DNA of 64,000 bases from the human T2T-CHM13v2.0 reference genome, Homo sapiens: the NCBI RefSeq assembly GCF_009914755.1, contig NC_060927.1; one strand, written 5' to 3'. The first letter of the stretch is position 1. Each line of letters begins with the position of its first letter. Both the position numbers and the translations under genes were made by a program. Below the pieces are notes generated by a model. That model made no database searches. It saw nothing but the letters and a program-made list of their open reading frames with translations, and was not told the DNA's origin. Shown here in pieces: positions 14,343-27,805 of this stretch.

Positions 14343-14490
14343 ATCATATTTTCTTGACTCTAACCTGTATCACTACTTTACGTATATTTAAGAAATAAAA
14401 GGCATGGCTGGTTCCACTGTGGTGTAACACCAGTTGTCAGGCACAACCTGGCTTCAGAAATGTCAAAATGTATATCTTGGAATCCGCACA
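14343..14490 (-). mobile_element. Degraded Tc2/MER104-related DNA transposon fragment
   Basis: Partial similarity to the element at 8146 (ttcagaaatgtcaaaatgt...atcttggaatc). Confidence 0.4.
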
Positions 14491-16219
14491 GTTCAGTCTC
14501 CGACACAACGGCCTGATGAGGCAGGCAGTGTTGTCATCTCCATTTGACAGTGGAGGGAACGGAGGCTTGGAGATTAAGGACATGCAGCTGGTCAGCGGCC
14601 AGGCATTGGATGTGACCCCAAGCAGCCTGGGCCCAGATGTTGTCCTCAACTACTGCGCTACATCAACGCTAAGTCAGGCCCACGTAGGATGGCGTGCCCT
14701 GCCCATGGGCACAGATCAAAAAACTTCAGAAGGATCAGTGAGCTGGAGGCCAGCACCCTCTGCTCCGGATGAGCCTGGGGGCCTCACTCAGCGTGGATGC
14801 CTCAGGCATGCAGGAGGCACCCCAAATGGCTGCCACAGCATTCCCCGCCCACTGCCTCCACAGCTCCCTTGGGCCTGCAAGGCAGGTGTTTGACAGAGCT
14901 GGGCTAGAATGAGTTCATCCAGATGACGCCCCCATGGCTCCCACAAAATGGTCCCGGGGCAGCCAGACATGGCCCGGTAGAGTAGCCCAGCCGGCACAGG
15001 AAAGGCACCACTTTATAGGAAACTGCCTTCAGAGGCAGCACAGAAGCTTGCAGAGACCTGCTTTCTTCCTTCAAAGCTACATGGTGCTTGGACCCCAAAC
15101 GGTGTCATCCATTCACTGCTTCTCCCATAGGCTCCACCAATCCCATATGCTCCACTATGGCACGACTGCTCCCAATTTTCCCAAATCAAATCCACCCTCC
15201 TTGGACTAGGATGTGCCCCTTCTGGGGACATCTTTAAGATGCCCACAAGCAGGGCAGAAGCTCAACATATTTCGAATGCCTGGCATGATGAGGGTTCCAT
15301 TTGAGACATTACCTACCCATCATCTCGTGGCACAATCTTGTGAGGCAGGTTTTTCCCACTCCACTTTGCATATCAGGATGTCAAGCTCAGAGAAGCAAAG
15401 CTACCTGCCCAAGGTCACACAGTAGTAAACACTGGCATTAGGATTTATACTCAAATCTTTCTGATGCCACAAAGGAGGCCACTTTCCATCAATTTCTGGC
15501 GAGGCCCTGAGCCAAGTGCTTCCTTCGCATTACTTCACCAAATCCTCATACAACAAATAATAGCATCATCATAATACTACCACTATCCCATCTTACAGGC
15601 AAGAAAACATCCGCTGAGCCTCTACCTGGACCACACCCGGGCCAAGCCCTGTACTTGGATCCTGTTTGCCTCACGTGACAACCGGGAAGATGGGTGCTCA
15701 GCTAACCCTTGGTTTACGGAGGAGCAAACTGAGGCGAAGTCACTGGTTCAACCACACACAACCGAACGCACATGACTGAATAAGCAATTCCCCTCCCACG
15801 CATTACATGGGAAAACAAAAAGCATTTGTAAAGTGCTTGCGGACACATTTTAGCGATTAGTACTATTATGATGAACATTTCGGTACTTGGCAATTACCCC
15901 ATAAAGTCAGTGCTGCTGCCCCTATTCTCCGGAAGAGCACAATGACGTTCACAGAGTCAGTGGCAGAGACAAGGAACTGTGGCTCTCAATCCTCTGCCAC
16001 ATGTTGGTCTCCTGGGACCACGGCTGGGCCCCTTCACACCTTGAAGCTCCCCTGCCTGTCTCCAGCCTCTCTCTGGTGCCCAGGAGCCCCTGCAGACCTG
16101 GGGTCTTCATAGGGCTGGCTGGAATTCCTGCCCCATGGATTCCTAGCTGTGGGCCCTAAGGGGTCTCTGGGCATCCCCCAGCCAGCTACAAAAAGGTGGA
16201 AAGGTGAAGGAGCACCAGG

Positions 16220-16645
<426 letters not shown>

Positions 16646-16710
16646 GTGAAGAAGAGATAAGACTGTGTGCAGGTCTTATGAGCAATAAACACCTCATAAA
16701 TCTTAGTGAC

Positions 16711-17166
16711 TGCAGTGGGTTGAACGGTGTCCTATCCAAAGTTCATGCCCACCTGGAACCTCAGAATGTGACCTTGTTTGGAAATAGGATCTTTGCAGAT
16801 GGAATTAGCTAAGGATTTTGAGATGAAATCATCTTGGGTCTAGGTTGGGCCCTAAATCCAATGACCAATGTCTTTAGAAGCAGAGGAGAGGACACCGAGA
16901 GACACACAGGAAGGAGTGAGGTGAAGATGAAAGCAGAGATGGGTGTGACGCAGCCACAAGGTGAGGAAGAGCAAGGGTTGCTGGCCACTGCCCGTAGCTA
17001 GGGAGACAAGGGACAGGCTCTTCCTCAGCCTCTCCAGGAAAAGCCAACCCTGCTGGCTCCTGACTCTAGACTTCTGGCTTCCAGAAGTGGGAGACAATAC
17101 ACGTCTGTTGTTTGAAGCCACCTAGCCTGTGGTCATTTGTTATGGCAGCCACAGAAAACAAACACA
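16711..17166 (+). mobile_element. MLT1C-like MaLR solo LTR
   Basis: tg...ca termini; cctcagaatgtgaccttgtttggaaatagg, ccctaaatccaatgac, ctgttgtttgaagccacc, tttgttatggcagcc. Confidence 0.88.
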
Positions 17167-17650
17167 ACGGGCTGTCCCTGCAGTTGCTCTCCTTGCTACT
17201 TCCTGAGACTTGCAGTGTTTCTGACCCTTCACCCCAAGGGGCAGTGGGCAGGAGAAGCTGCCCTCACCAAGGACACTGGGGGGCAGGATCACTGACCCCT
17301 CTCACAAGGGGAGAGCTTGGGACCAGAGGGCTTACACAGCTTTTCCAAGGTCACTCGCCAGTGATGAGCCGGCCTGGGACCCAGCTCTCCTGACCCTCAG
17401 ACCAACACACTCTCCCCCATACCCAGGGACCTCTGTTTCTTTAGGAACCTGAGCTGTGGCCCCTGCTCGGGCCTGGTCACTTGCCCTCCTGGTCCTGCCA
17501 GCCGTGGTCTCTGGCCACATATCTGGAACTCTCTGACCCTGCAGAGATTTCCTGGACTGTGAATGACACTTCTAAGGCTTTTACCGTCACTCCCGCTTCC
17601 CCCTGCCTCCCGCCGCCTCCATCCAGACTGTCAAGTGAAGACCGGGGTGA

Positions 17651-17974
<324 letters not shown>

Positions 17975-19249
17975 TGAGGGTTCATCGGTCCTCAGGAGGG
18001 CCTGATTTAGCTGTGCAGGGTGAAGCCAGGGGCTAGGGGTTGGTAGGGGACTGGTGGGGAGAGGAAATGAGTTTCAGTCTCATTCAGTCACCCACTAGCC
18101 TGGAGACCTCAGTTTCCCCACGTGTGACAGGTACAGGCAGAACAGCATGGTGTCTAGGCCACCCCCAGCTCTGAGCGCCTATGTGCTCCACCAAGCCCAC
18201 TCTTAAGCACCTCAGCTCCCCAGGGTGCGGAGTGAAATGGGTGAAAACCCAGGGGTACCTGTGGAAATGTAGCCCCTGGGACCTCCTGATTCATCAAGGT
18301 AGGGCCCAGAAATCTGCCCCCATCAGGTGATCTTTAGGTTAATTAATGCATTAATGGGTTTCCTGACCCATACCTGTGGCTGGGCAGGGGGAAGGCAGAG
18401 GAGGGCAGTGGGACAGCAGGCGGATGGGCCAGTGTTTCAGGCTCTGCACATAGCATAAGCCACAGGCAGCTTTTCTGACCTCCGATCTGCAAACTAGAGA
18501 TTTCTTTCCTTTTTTCCCTTTCTGATCTCAGAGTTGGCCAGTTGCAGCAGCAAGGTGCTCACCTGCTCCGGCTCCTGATCCTGATGCCAATCACACCTTC
18601 GTGCACAGCCCTCTACAGTGTCCAGGGCTCTCTGGCAGCTGTGGCATAAAACAGGGCAGAGATAGGCCTGCCTGGCCACAGATGAGAAGATTGAGGGCAG
18701 AGAGAGGAAGTGACTTGGCCAAGATCACACAGCTGGTCAGGAGCAGGGCTGGGCCCAGGGCTCTCATACTTTCCACCCACAGTCAAACACCTGGGGAAAA
18801 CCAGGGGCCAACACAGGCCTCTGCTGCTTCTTGTCTGGGGCCTGAGAGCACTTGCAAGAAGCCCAGGTCTCTACAGAACACGGTGTGACCTTGGACAAGT
18901 CCCTGTGCCTGGCTGGGCCACAGTTTCCTTTTTATAAACGGTCCCAGCTAGGTGGCCTCAGAAGGCATCTGTCTGCTTTGGCTTTCTAGGCATCAGCAAC
19001 TCCATAGGGTAAAGGGACGACACAGCGGTCCGGCTGCCTAGGTCAGGGCCACGCCCGCCTGGGGAAGGCTCCTCCGCCTTCACCCATAGGAGATCCTCTT
19101 CACTCTTTCTCGGAATCTTGCCACAAAATTCTAAGTTCTTGAGCTATAGGTTCCCAAAATTTTGGTACCCCAATTTGAACTGGCCTCATGCCGAAGGGTC
19201 AAAGAGGGTAGTTGGGCACCTGGTGGCCTGCCTTCTACCTCCCCTCTGC

Positions 19250-19400
19250 CACATGCCAGCTGTGTGACCTTGGGTGACACAGCTTCACCTCTCTAGATAC
19301 AGCGTCCTCATCTGGGACGTGGGGATAACAGGGCTATGGGCGTCCTCACTGAGATGATACGTGCAAAGCAGTTAGCTGGGTGAATGCTAGCTGGATTACT
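19250..19400 (+). mobile_element. MIR SINE
   Basis: agctgtgtgaccttggg...acctctct...cctcatctg...ggggataaca. Confidence 0.65.
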
Positions 19401-21549
19401 ATTATTTACTTGGGTCCCCTGACCCATACCTGCGCCTGAGCTGGGGGAACGCAGAGGAGGGCAGCGGGACAGCACAGGAGGGTGCCAGCATTTCAGGCTC
19501 TGCATACAACGTAAGCCACAGCAGCTTCTCTGACCTTCAGTCTGGAGGGGACTTTGGAGTCTGCTGAAGGTGTTCCAGGCCCCAGCTCTCAGAGACCCCA
19601 TAGCAGCGGGCTGGTTTCCTGATGCCAGGGAGAGGGCTGGTGGGGCCAGTCTGGGCTCCTGGCGGTCTGGGCCACGGGCAGCAGCTGCGTCCCTGGCCGC
19701 CTCTGTCTCCTTTCCAACTTTGGGCAGCCTTCTCTGAAGAACATCAATAACCCAAGATGGCCTTGCTGAGTCTAATCACAGCTCCCTGGGAATACGGGCT
19801 GGCCCTCCCCCAACGCCTGTGTGAGGCTGTGGCGGGCACTTAGGATCCAGTATCCCTCTGTCCTCATCGGAAGTCCCTTAAGGGGCAAGCTCTCCCTAGC
19901 ACCCACAGAGCCACCTTGCCTCCTGGAAGCTGAGGGGGCGGGTGTGTGCACGCAGCATCCGCAGAGGTGCTGCATCTGTGTGCCTGTGGCCGTCTTCTTA
20001 TGTGTGCAACTGACATTCACCTGTGGGCACATTCCAGCATGCCATGTGCCTGCCAATGCACGGGCAGGCACGCAGATGGCATTCAGAGCCCCACATGTGT
20101 GTGCCTGTTGTTTTCACACCTGAGCCAGCCCTCAGGTGGGTACACACATTTCTGGCTGTTGCAGGGCACTGTGTGCAGCCTACTGCTTTCCCGTGTTAGT
20201 GCTACATGCATGTGTGGGCAAGCTGCATGCACAGGTGTGTATGTGTGTACTGCATTCGTGTGTGTGCTGTGTTTTGCACGTGAGCATGTGGTGTTCAGGA
20301 ACGTGGGTTGTATTTACAGGTGCTGGGGTGTGGGCATGGGCATTCCATATGTGTATATATGATTTGGACATATATGACGCACTACTTATGGGTACTATAT
20401 TTGTATCTGTGCATATGTGTGAATTTGTGGGCATGCATATGCCCTGATGTGAATGGGACTAGGGTGTGAAGGTGGCTAAATAATGGTGGCCATCAGCATC
20501 TTTCCTGGACCCCCAACCCCCCACAGGACTCCCCAGAGCTGCAGCCCCTTCTTTGCCACTGCTCCTTCAACGAAGTTAACAGGCGGAGGCCCCCAAGGCC
20601 TGCGCTCCAAGCCCCCTCCTACTGCACACGTCAAAGGAGAATTTCTCCGGATGGCGCCCGCTGATCCTGGAAATACCCCAAACGTCAGCTCTGCCTCCTC
20701 CCAGCGATTCGGAGAGCAATGCAGGAGAGGAGGGAGCCCCTTCCACGCTGGGCTCAGGGCATGCAGCGTCGCACTAAGACCCTCTGCCGGCTGGTCGGGC
20801 TTGCCTGCTCACTTACCCTTCTGAAGGTCGAGCCAGGCTGGGCCTCTGCATGGAGGGCCCGAGACCCCCAGGGCCCTTGCCTGATTGGGGCAGGCCAGTC
20901 CAGAGCACCCCCCCCAACCCCCAACCCCCAACCTGGGTGAGCAGAGGACAGCCGTGGTGTGGAATAGCTACTTGGCTAGAAAGGGGTTGCTGCTGTCCGC
21001 AACCCACCCTCAGGGAGTCCTGAGGCCCCCTGCTGCATTTTCCCATCCTGACCCTGCAGGGGGCAGGGAGGAGCCTCAGGTGCCCTATCCCTCAGCTGGA
21101 GACCACTGAGGCTGGCCTAGGAAGTGGGCTTCTGGGCAGAGGGTGCCGACTCCACCACCCAGCATGACTGCTGCAAAATGGCCTGGCCACCCGTTCCTGC
21201 CACCCTCCTGGCCATGGAGGGGACCCAGGAACACGTCCCTGCCACCACATGACCCGGCTGGCCTGACCCAATGAGTCCCAGCACACAGCTGCCCACCCCA
21301 CCAAAGGGACGCTTCACAGGGGCCTCCTCCTGCCTCTTTCCTGGGACTCTGACCAGGGTGGGCAACGGGCACCCTCCAGTCCTCTTGGTCTCCCTGGGAC
21401 CGGCTCAGAGAGAAGAGAACCTTGTCCCCTGCCACCAGCTTGCTGGCCCTTGCATAACATCCTTAGGGGGCATTTGCAGTCCAGAGGCTGCCGGAATCTA
21501 CCTGAGACCCTGGGCATCCGCTTGTCCGAGGCCCCCCTGTCCTAGTCCC

Positions 21550-22300
21550 CAGCATCCAGCCGTCCCCCACAACACGCGGACCCTCACACTAGTGTCTCCC
21601 TCAGCGGCGGCTCCCAGTGCAGCCTCGGCTGCTGCCAGATAAACAAGCCCTGCTCCCACCCCCCCTCCACGCTGCCACCGCCACCACCATCAGCACTGAG
21701 AAAAATCAAATGAAATGAAACAAAATAAAATGGGTGAGGGAGGAAGGGGAGAGTGGAGTGGGGCGCTTTTTATTTTTTATTTTCTCATGCTGGGGGATGC
21801 CGGTACTTACTTGGCTATGAAAATCACCACCAATCCTGCACGGTTTCCCGGCGGGCAGCCCCGTAATCGCGGTGCGGCAGCTGGTGCCGCGGCTGAGCCC
21901 AGCCAGCGTGCCCGGGCCCCTCTGCAGACTGTACCATCCTGCCCGAGCGGGTGGGGGGCGGGGGGCGGAGGCGCCGGCGCCGGTTCTAGGAGAGCATCTC
22001 GCCGGCAAAATGCAATCTCGGGGGAGGCAGAGGCCGCCCCTGCCGCTGCCGGAGGCTGGGGGATGGGGGCGGGAGGAGGGAGGGAGGGAGGGACACAGGG
22101 AGGGCCGGTTCTGGAGGGGGCACGGGGGAGGAGAGTGGGGGGCGGGGGGGGGTGTGTGGACCGAACCACCACGCTGTTGTTTGCGGTTTTAATTCCTCCC
22201 GTGGGATCATGAGGAACCGAAGCTGGCAGAGTCCCAGGAATATGCCCGCTCCCCAGAAGCAGGAGGGAATGTCAAGGGCACGGAGAGGGTAGGGCTGGGC
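21550..22300 (-). promoter_or_regulatory. CpG island / promoter, probably driving minus-strand transcription
   Basis: Sharp local excess of CpG (cgcggtgcgg, gccgcggc, gcgccggcgccgg) and GC boxes (ggggcggag, ggggcggg) in an otherwise CpG-depleted, repeat-rich window. A consensus 5' splice site lies at its left edge on the minus strand. Boundaries approximate. Confidence 0.8.
21811..21950 (-). other. Candidate first (5' UTR) exon ending at splice donor CAA|GTAAGT
   Basis: Plus-strand acttac at 21805-21810 reads GTAAGT on the minus strand, directly after the CpG-rich block. The 5' end (TSS) is unknown and was set arbitrarily. Gene identity cannot be determined without a search. Confidence 0.6.
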
Positions 22301-25300
22301 TGTGCTGGAGGGAAGGGGGTCCTGAGAGTGGTGGTGGGGAGAACGGGAGCAGAGAGGGGAGGATTTTGCTCAAATGGCCCCAAGTCGTCCCTTGCTTTCT
22401 GGGGGACTTATTTGGTCAGGGGCTCTGGCCCCCCTCTTTGCAGTCAAGGCACCCCCAGACCTGGGGGGCAAAGGGGCAAAGGTCGCAAATGGGGAGAAGT
22501 CGACTCAACACATTTTAAACACATCTGTGTTTCCAGGGCCAGTGGAGCTGAGCCCGCAGCAGCTCTCTGCTGCCCTGAAGCGCTACCCCTGCGACCCGCC
22601 CTGCCTGTGTGCGACCCCACCTGCCCTCGGGGGGGTGTGGTGGTGGGGGCTGGCTTGGCAGAAGGGCCTGCCTCAAGAAGGTGCCCACCAGCAGGGGTGT
22701 CTGCATGTCTGTACACCCACCTAATCTTCAGGACATCTATGATGAGTTGCAGGCCGACTGTGGGCTGACTGACACTTCCACGGGAACCCAGGGACCCCGG
22801 GTGAGGAGTCGGTAGGGTTGGAAGCCCCTAGCCAGCTGCTCACCTCTTCCTGCCTAATCTCTGCCAGACTTGCTGCTCTTTCAACTCCAGATGGGTGGGA
22901 GGAGAGCCCTAAGAGCAAGGTTAGGAGGTCACCGGGGGCGAGGGGCTTCTCTAGAATTCTGAAGCCTTGGCCTCCACTGCCCTGCCCCCTCCAGGAGGGG
23001 TACCCTGCTTGGAGGGAGGGCACTGAAGGTGGAAGGACCTTCAGGACCAGTGTCTCAGGGCACCTGTCAGGGTGGAGGGGTGCATGGGGGACAGGGGCAG
23101 GGCTGGAGGCGGCCCCGGGAGGCAGTTCCAGGCAGAAGCTGCCTCTTTCCCCTGCCCCCACCTCCTGCCCACCTCTGAGCTGCCCGCCCGAGCGTCCCGA
23201 GCTGCCGCTCCATCCCTGGGCTGGCACAGAATACCAATTTGTCTCGTTAAGCTGAAAGTCTGCACTGCACCAAAATCAGAACCCGGCCGTGCAGAGGGGC
23301 CACGGGAGGGAGACAGTTGGGAGCGCCTGAGGTGGGTCTCCCACCAGTAGGCCATGCTGAGACCTCCTTGCTCCTCAGCCCCCAGCCCCATGGAAGGGTG
23401 CCCACCTGCCCCTTAGCCCGCAGGGTGGCCTCAACGCAGGGAGGATGCTGCGAAGCTACGATGTCAAGGGCCGGGTGGTCATTCAAGGCCTTGGCCTCCA
23501 CTGGGGCAAGGGTGTGAGTCAGAGGCCAGGCAAGGCTCCCTGCTGGGGTTCTGACAGAGCAGCCCAGGACACCCCTCAGGGAGGCTCTCGACCCCACACC
23601 AATAGCCCAAGACTGGGGGCTTCCAAAGCAGCCTCATCTCTGCTTCATCTTGCGGGTGCAGATGGGAACTCTACCCCTCTTAGGGGTGTAGTTGGGGGGA
23701 TTCCACTGGCCACCCCTCTAGGTGGTCTTCTAAGTCAGCAGTCCCTAGTCAGCTCCACCCCAGGGACCAGGGCCAAGCATCTGCCCTTCCCCAAGGCCCA
23801 CAGGCTCTCCGTTCCCCAAAACAGGCCCGTGTAAAGCTGTTCCGAGATGTTGGAGCGAGGGTGGGCAAAGACGGGCAGAGGCGGAAAGGCCCATTGCACC
23901 TCCCATCTGTTGCCAGCCTACATGTCTGTGCCAGGAATCCCACCATTATTACTTCAACATCTTTGGCGGTAAACTGCTTTCCCTGCTTACAAAATAGCCC
24001 GAGAAGCAGCCTGTTATGAGCCACACATTTCAACAATCACACTGCCTTCTGTGTCCGGCACACTTTACAGTTTGTAAAGGCCACCTACAAAACAGTAAAT
24101 CATTTGATCCTCCCAACTACCTCTGGGGTGGCTGCCGTGAGCACCCAAGGTACAGATGGGGAAGCTCTGTGTAGTTCAGGGGGATGTGGTGGCCAGGGCA
24201 AGGTGGCACAACCAGTAAAGAGTAGACCAAACTTGTGACGGAGGCCTCTGGACTCCAAGCCCAGGGCTGCCTGCATGCGCAGGCCATCATGAGTGTGGGC
24301 TCACTGGGAGCCCTGACACTCGTCCGCTCCCAAGTCTTGAGTCTTACCTTCCCGGTGGTCCCTGTCTGAGACGGGCTGGGCTCTCACCAACGCACACTAG
24401 CAGCCAAACTCTCAGGCAGTTGTGGATTTTGGTTTTCAGACCCTAAGACTAGAACTGCCACCTGGCCGAGTTCCCATCTCCTTGACATTCCAGATCCCAT
24501 GTCTTTCAGCGCCTGCATCCACCCCGCAGTGACTGGATGCCCCTATCTCCTGAGGCAGTGCAAATATTGAACAGCAAAGTTTGAAGGTTTTTCCTTGTGG
24601 GTATACCCCAGTTCTAGGCCCACCCTACTCATTCTTCGAAGTCCAACTCAAATTCTGCTTCCCCAGACAGTCCTTCCTGATTCCACCAACTGAGTTGGTT
24701 CATGCCTCTGTTCTACCTCTGACCACACTGTATTGTGATGGTCTACACGTCTGTCTCCCTCACTGGGCTGTGACCACATCAGACATGTCTCCAGCATTCC
24801 AGGTCTCAGGTCCCAGCATGTGTTAGATGGTGCAGTAAAGGCTTGAATGAGTCTGCTGGACCCTTGAGAACTCCTATCCAATTCTCCCATTTTACAGTTC
24901 AGCAAACCGAAGCCTCAAGAAAAAGATCAGGGCTTGCCTAAGGTCATTCTTGAGGGTGGAATCTGGCTGCAGACATCTGTCCCTTGCCCCGTCCCCTTTG
25001 CCTTCTCTTCCTGCAGCAGATACACCTGGGTCATCTGGCCTGGCCTTCCAGGATGTGTTGGGGGGCAGGGGGTATTGGACAGGCAGAGGTGTTGTGAAAT
25101 TAGACAAACAATGGCACTAGTGTTGCAACTCCAGGAAGGTTGGAAATGACAGGTCAGGGTCAGCCACAGGGAAGAGGGGGAAAGAGGCAAGAGGCCAGCT
25201 GGGAGGATTACTGATAGCTTCTGCCTCCAGCATGATTTGGCTTATGGTGGACACCGATTGAGAGTCAGGGTTAGGGAAAGGTATGAGACATAGGGGAGGG

Positions 25301-26169
25301 GGACGGAAGGAGGAGCCAGCCAATCTGATTTTTACTCTGTGTTTAGTTGGCCAGACCATGTTTTTCTCCCTTGGGGAGGGGTCCTGGAGCTGAGACACAG
25401 GGTGAGTGAATAGGGTCAGTCTGTCTAGGAATGGGGACACAGAACTTGGCCCAGGCTGCTGGAGGCTCTCTGCACAAGGGCAATAGAGGAGGCTCTCTGC
25501 ACGAAGGCAATAGAGGAGGTAGGTCCAGGCAGGTCTGAGGGGAGAGGACTGAATGTAATTAGAGGCCAGCTGTGTCTTCGGTATGAGACGTGGGCTCTCT
25601 GTTTTTGCTCTTCTTTCTGGGAAGCATGGATGAGGGCTACCCCTGCCCTTGCCTTGCCTGGCTCGGGGTCTGTAGACACCTGGGTAGGAGTTCTGGGGCA
25701 GCTCTCAGGTCACTGCTGCCCCAAAGAGCTGTCAGCTGGGTTCCCCGGGGGATAAGAAGGTATTTCCAAAGGTCTCTCACATTCCTGTCTCCTCTGACCC
25801 CCACAGATCACCCTCAAAGAGCCCAGGCTTCTTCCCATTTTACAGAAAAGAAAATTGAGACCTGGAGACCACAGGGCCTTACGTGAAAGTTACAGAGCCA
25901 GTGAGGACCAAAGCAAGATTGAGGGTCCCACTCAAACCCTAGGCCCCTCTCTCTGCGCCTGCCTAAAGTTACCCAAGTTTGAAGCACACAACTCAGGATC
26001 TCTAGCCCCAGACCTTGACGGGCCGTGGACTGTGGATCCAGGGGACCACACGGGCTGGCTTGCCCGAAATCTCCTCTCCAGTCACATGGAAGCCTCGCAT
26101 CCACTCCCCACTCCCACCAAGGCCTGAAACTCCCTCAGCCAACCAGATCTCGAGTGGAGGCTTTGTGGC

Positions 26170-26310
26170 CACACAGACCTGGGTCCAACTCCCAGCTCTC
26201 TCACTTACAGGATGTGTGACCTTGGGCAAGTGACTCGACCTCCCTGAGTCCCAGGTTTTTTTCATCTGCAAAATGGGTATGATAATACCTATTTGGCGGG
26301 GTTGCAAGTT
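26170..26310 (+). mobile_element. MIR SINE
   Basis: cagacctgggtccaactcccagctct...tgtgtgaccttgggcaagtgact...catctgcaaaatgggtatgataatacct. Confidence 0.85.
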
Positions 26311-27269
26311 AAAGGAGAATGGCAACTGTTATTAGTGGAAGAAACAGAAGGTGAGAGTCTCCAGCAGGCCCCAGGGAAAATGCTGGCGGAGAGTAGGTGG
26401 CTTCCAACTCCTCTGGCTGGTAGATAAGGGTTCCCAGATAGCATCTGCAGGGCTGAGGCTGGTCTGGTCTCTAGTCTATTGAGATTTGAACGCAGGTCAC
26501 CAATTCTCCCCTCCTCCTACTGGTCCTTGCTCCCTCAGGGAGGAGGTTGTAGGCCTGGCTTCTGGCGAATTCTGGCCAGCCACCATTCACACTGACATCC
26601 TACTATGTGCCAGGCATTCTGTGCACACACCTCGTGTGTTCCTCACAAAACCCTGGGAGGTGGATCCTATTTTTATTCCCATTTTACCGATGAGGAAACT
26701 GAGGTACAGGTAAAACATTGTAGCGCAAGGTCACAGAGTGAGTAGGGGAATTGGAGCTTGAAATAGGAACTGCAGGAGGCCCTGTGGCGAGCCCAGAAAC
26801 GCTGTGGGAGGTGGGGTGAATCTGGGTCCTGGAACTGCTTGGGACCTAGGTTTCCCAAAGCAGTGGGCATATCTTCCCGGCCACACAGCTTAGAAAACCT
26901 TAGCCCCGTGAGGGTCCACCCTAGGCTCCCACCTGTGTGGGGCAGGTGAGTGGTGATGGCTGACCCTGCCTCCCTTCTGCAAGGCCAGAGGCCAAGGTCA
27001 GAGCCATGAGCTCACAGTGTTACTGTGGAAACAATGAGGGATCTGGTGCCTTTCCTCCTGGAAGAACGCAGAGCTTGGGGAAGCAGGAGCTACTCTCAGA
27101 GGACTCTCTGGGGCAGACTGCCTTTCCCAGGCACAAGGCCATGGTCTCATCTGCGCTGCCCCTCAGAGCTAATACCTCCTTGGTAATGCGGAGTCATACA
27201 TGCTGCCCACTCCCGCCCATCAATCCTGACTCCTAACTGTCCTCCCCCCTCCTCCCCTGCCATCCCCTG

Positions 27270-27805
27270 GCCATTTCCTAACTCCCTGCAGCCTTGGGGA
27301 GCTGCCTACATTCCTCCAAACCCTTCTTTGGCTCCTTTGTGCTCTCAGCATCAAATCCAAACTCCTCACTGTGGCTCATGAGGCCCAAATAACCACTCCA
27401 GACTGCTCCCATTACCCTCAGACCCCACAGTGGGTCTTTGTTGCTCCCAAAGACACTCTTGCATTTCCGTGCCTCTGCGTCTTTGCATGTGCCACCCCCT
27501 CTGCCAGGGATGCCTTCCCTTTCCACTTCTCTGCCTGGAGAACTCCTACTGATCCTTCAAGACTCAGCTCCAGCAGCCCCTCCTCCATGAAGCCTTCCTT
27601 GATTTTCCCTCCGTCCCCCTTTTCCCCATGCCCCAAGAAGAGTTTTTTGCAATTAACCTTTTTATATGCATCTGTGTTGTCCATCTGGCTGGGGTACTCC
27701 CCAGGGACAGGAAACTGGGTCTCATTTGCCTGAGTTATCCCTAGCACTGGGAAAAGATCCTCAATAAATATTGATTGAACTGATAAATGCAGGTTTGTTG
27801 AATGA
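27270..27805 (+). mobile_element. L2 LINE 3' fragment
   Basis: aaatccaaactcctcactgtggc, ctttgcatgtgc, ccttcaagactcagctc, tcctccatgaagccttcct, ctcaataaatattgattgaa. Confidence 0.75.

Noticed and set aside
19940-20450. Cluster of TGCATG (RBFOX) motifs
   Set aside because: Lies in a degenerate TG/CA low-complexity tract where such hexamers arise by chance; no supported cassette exon nearby.
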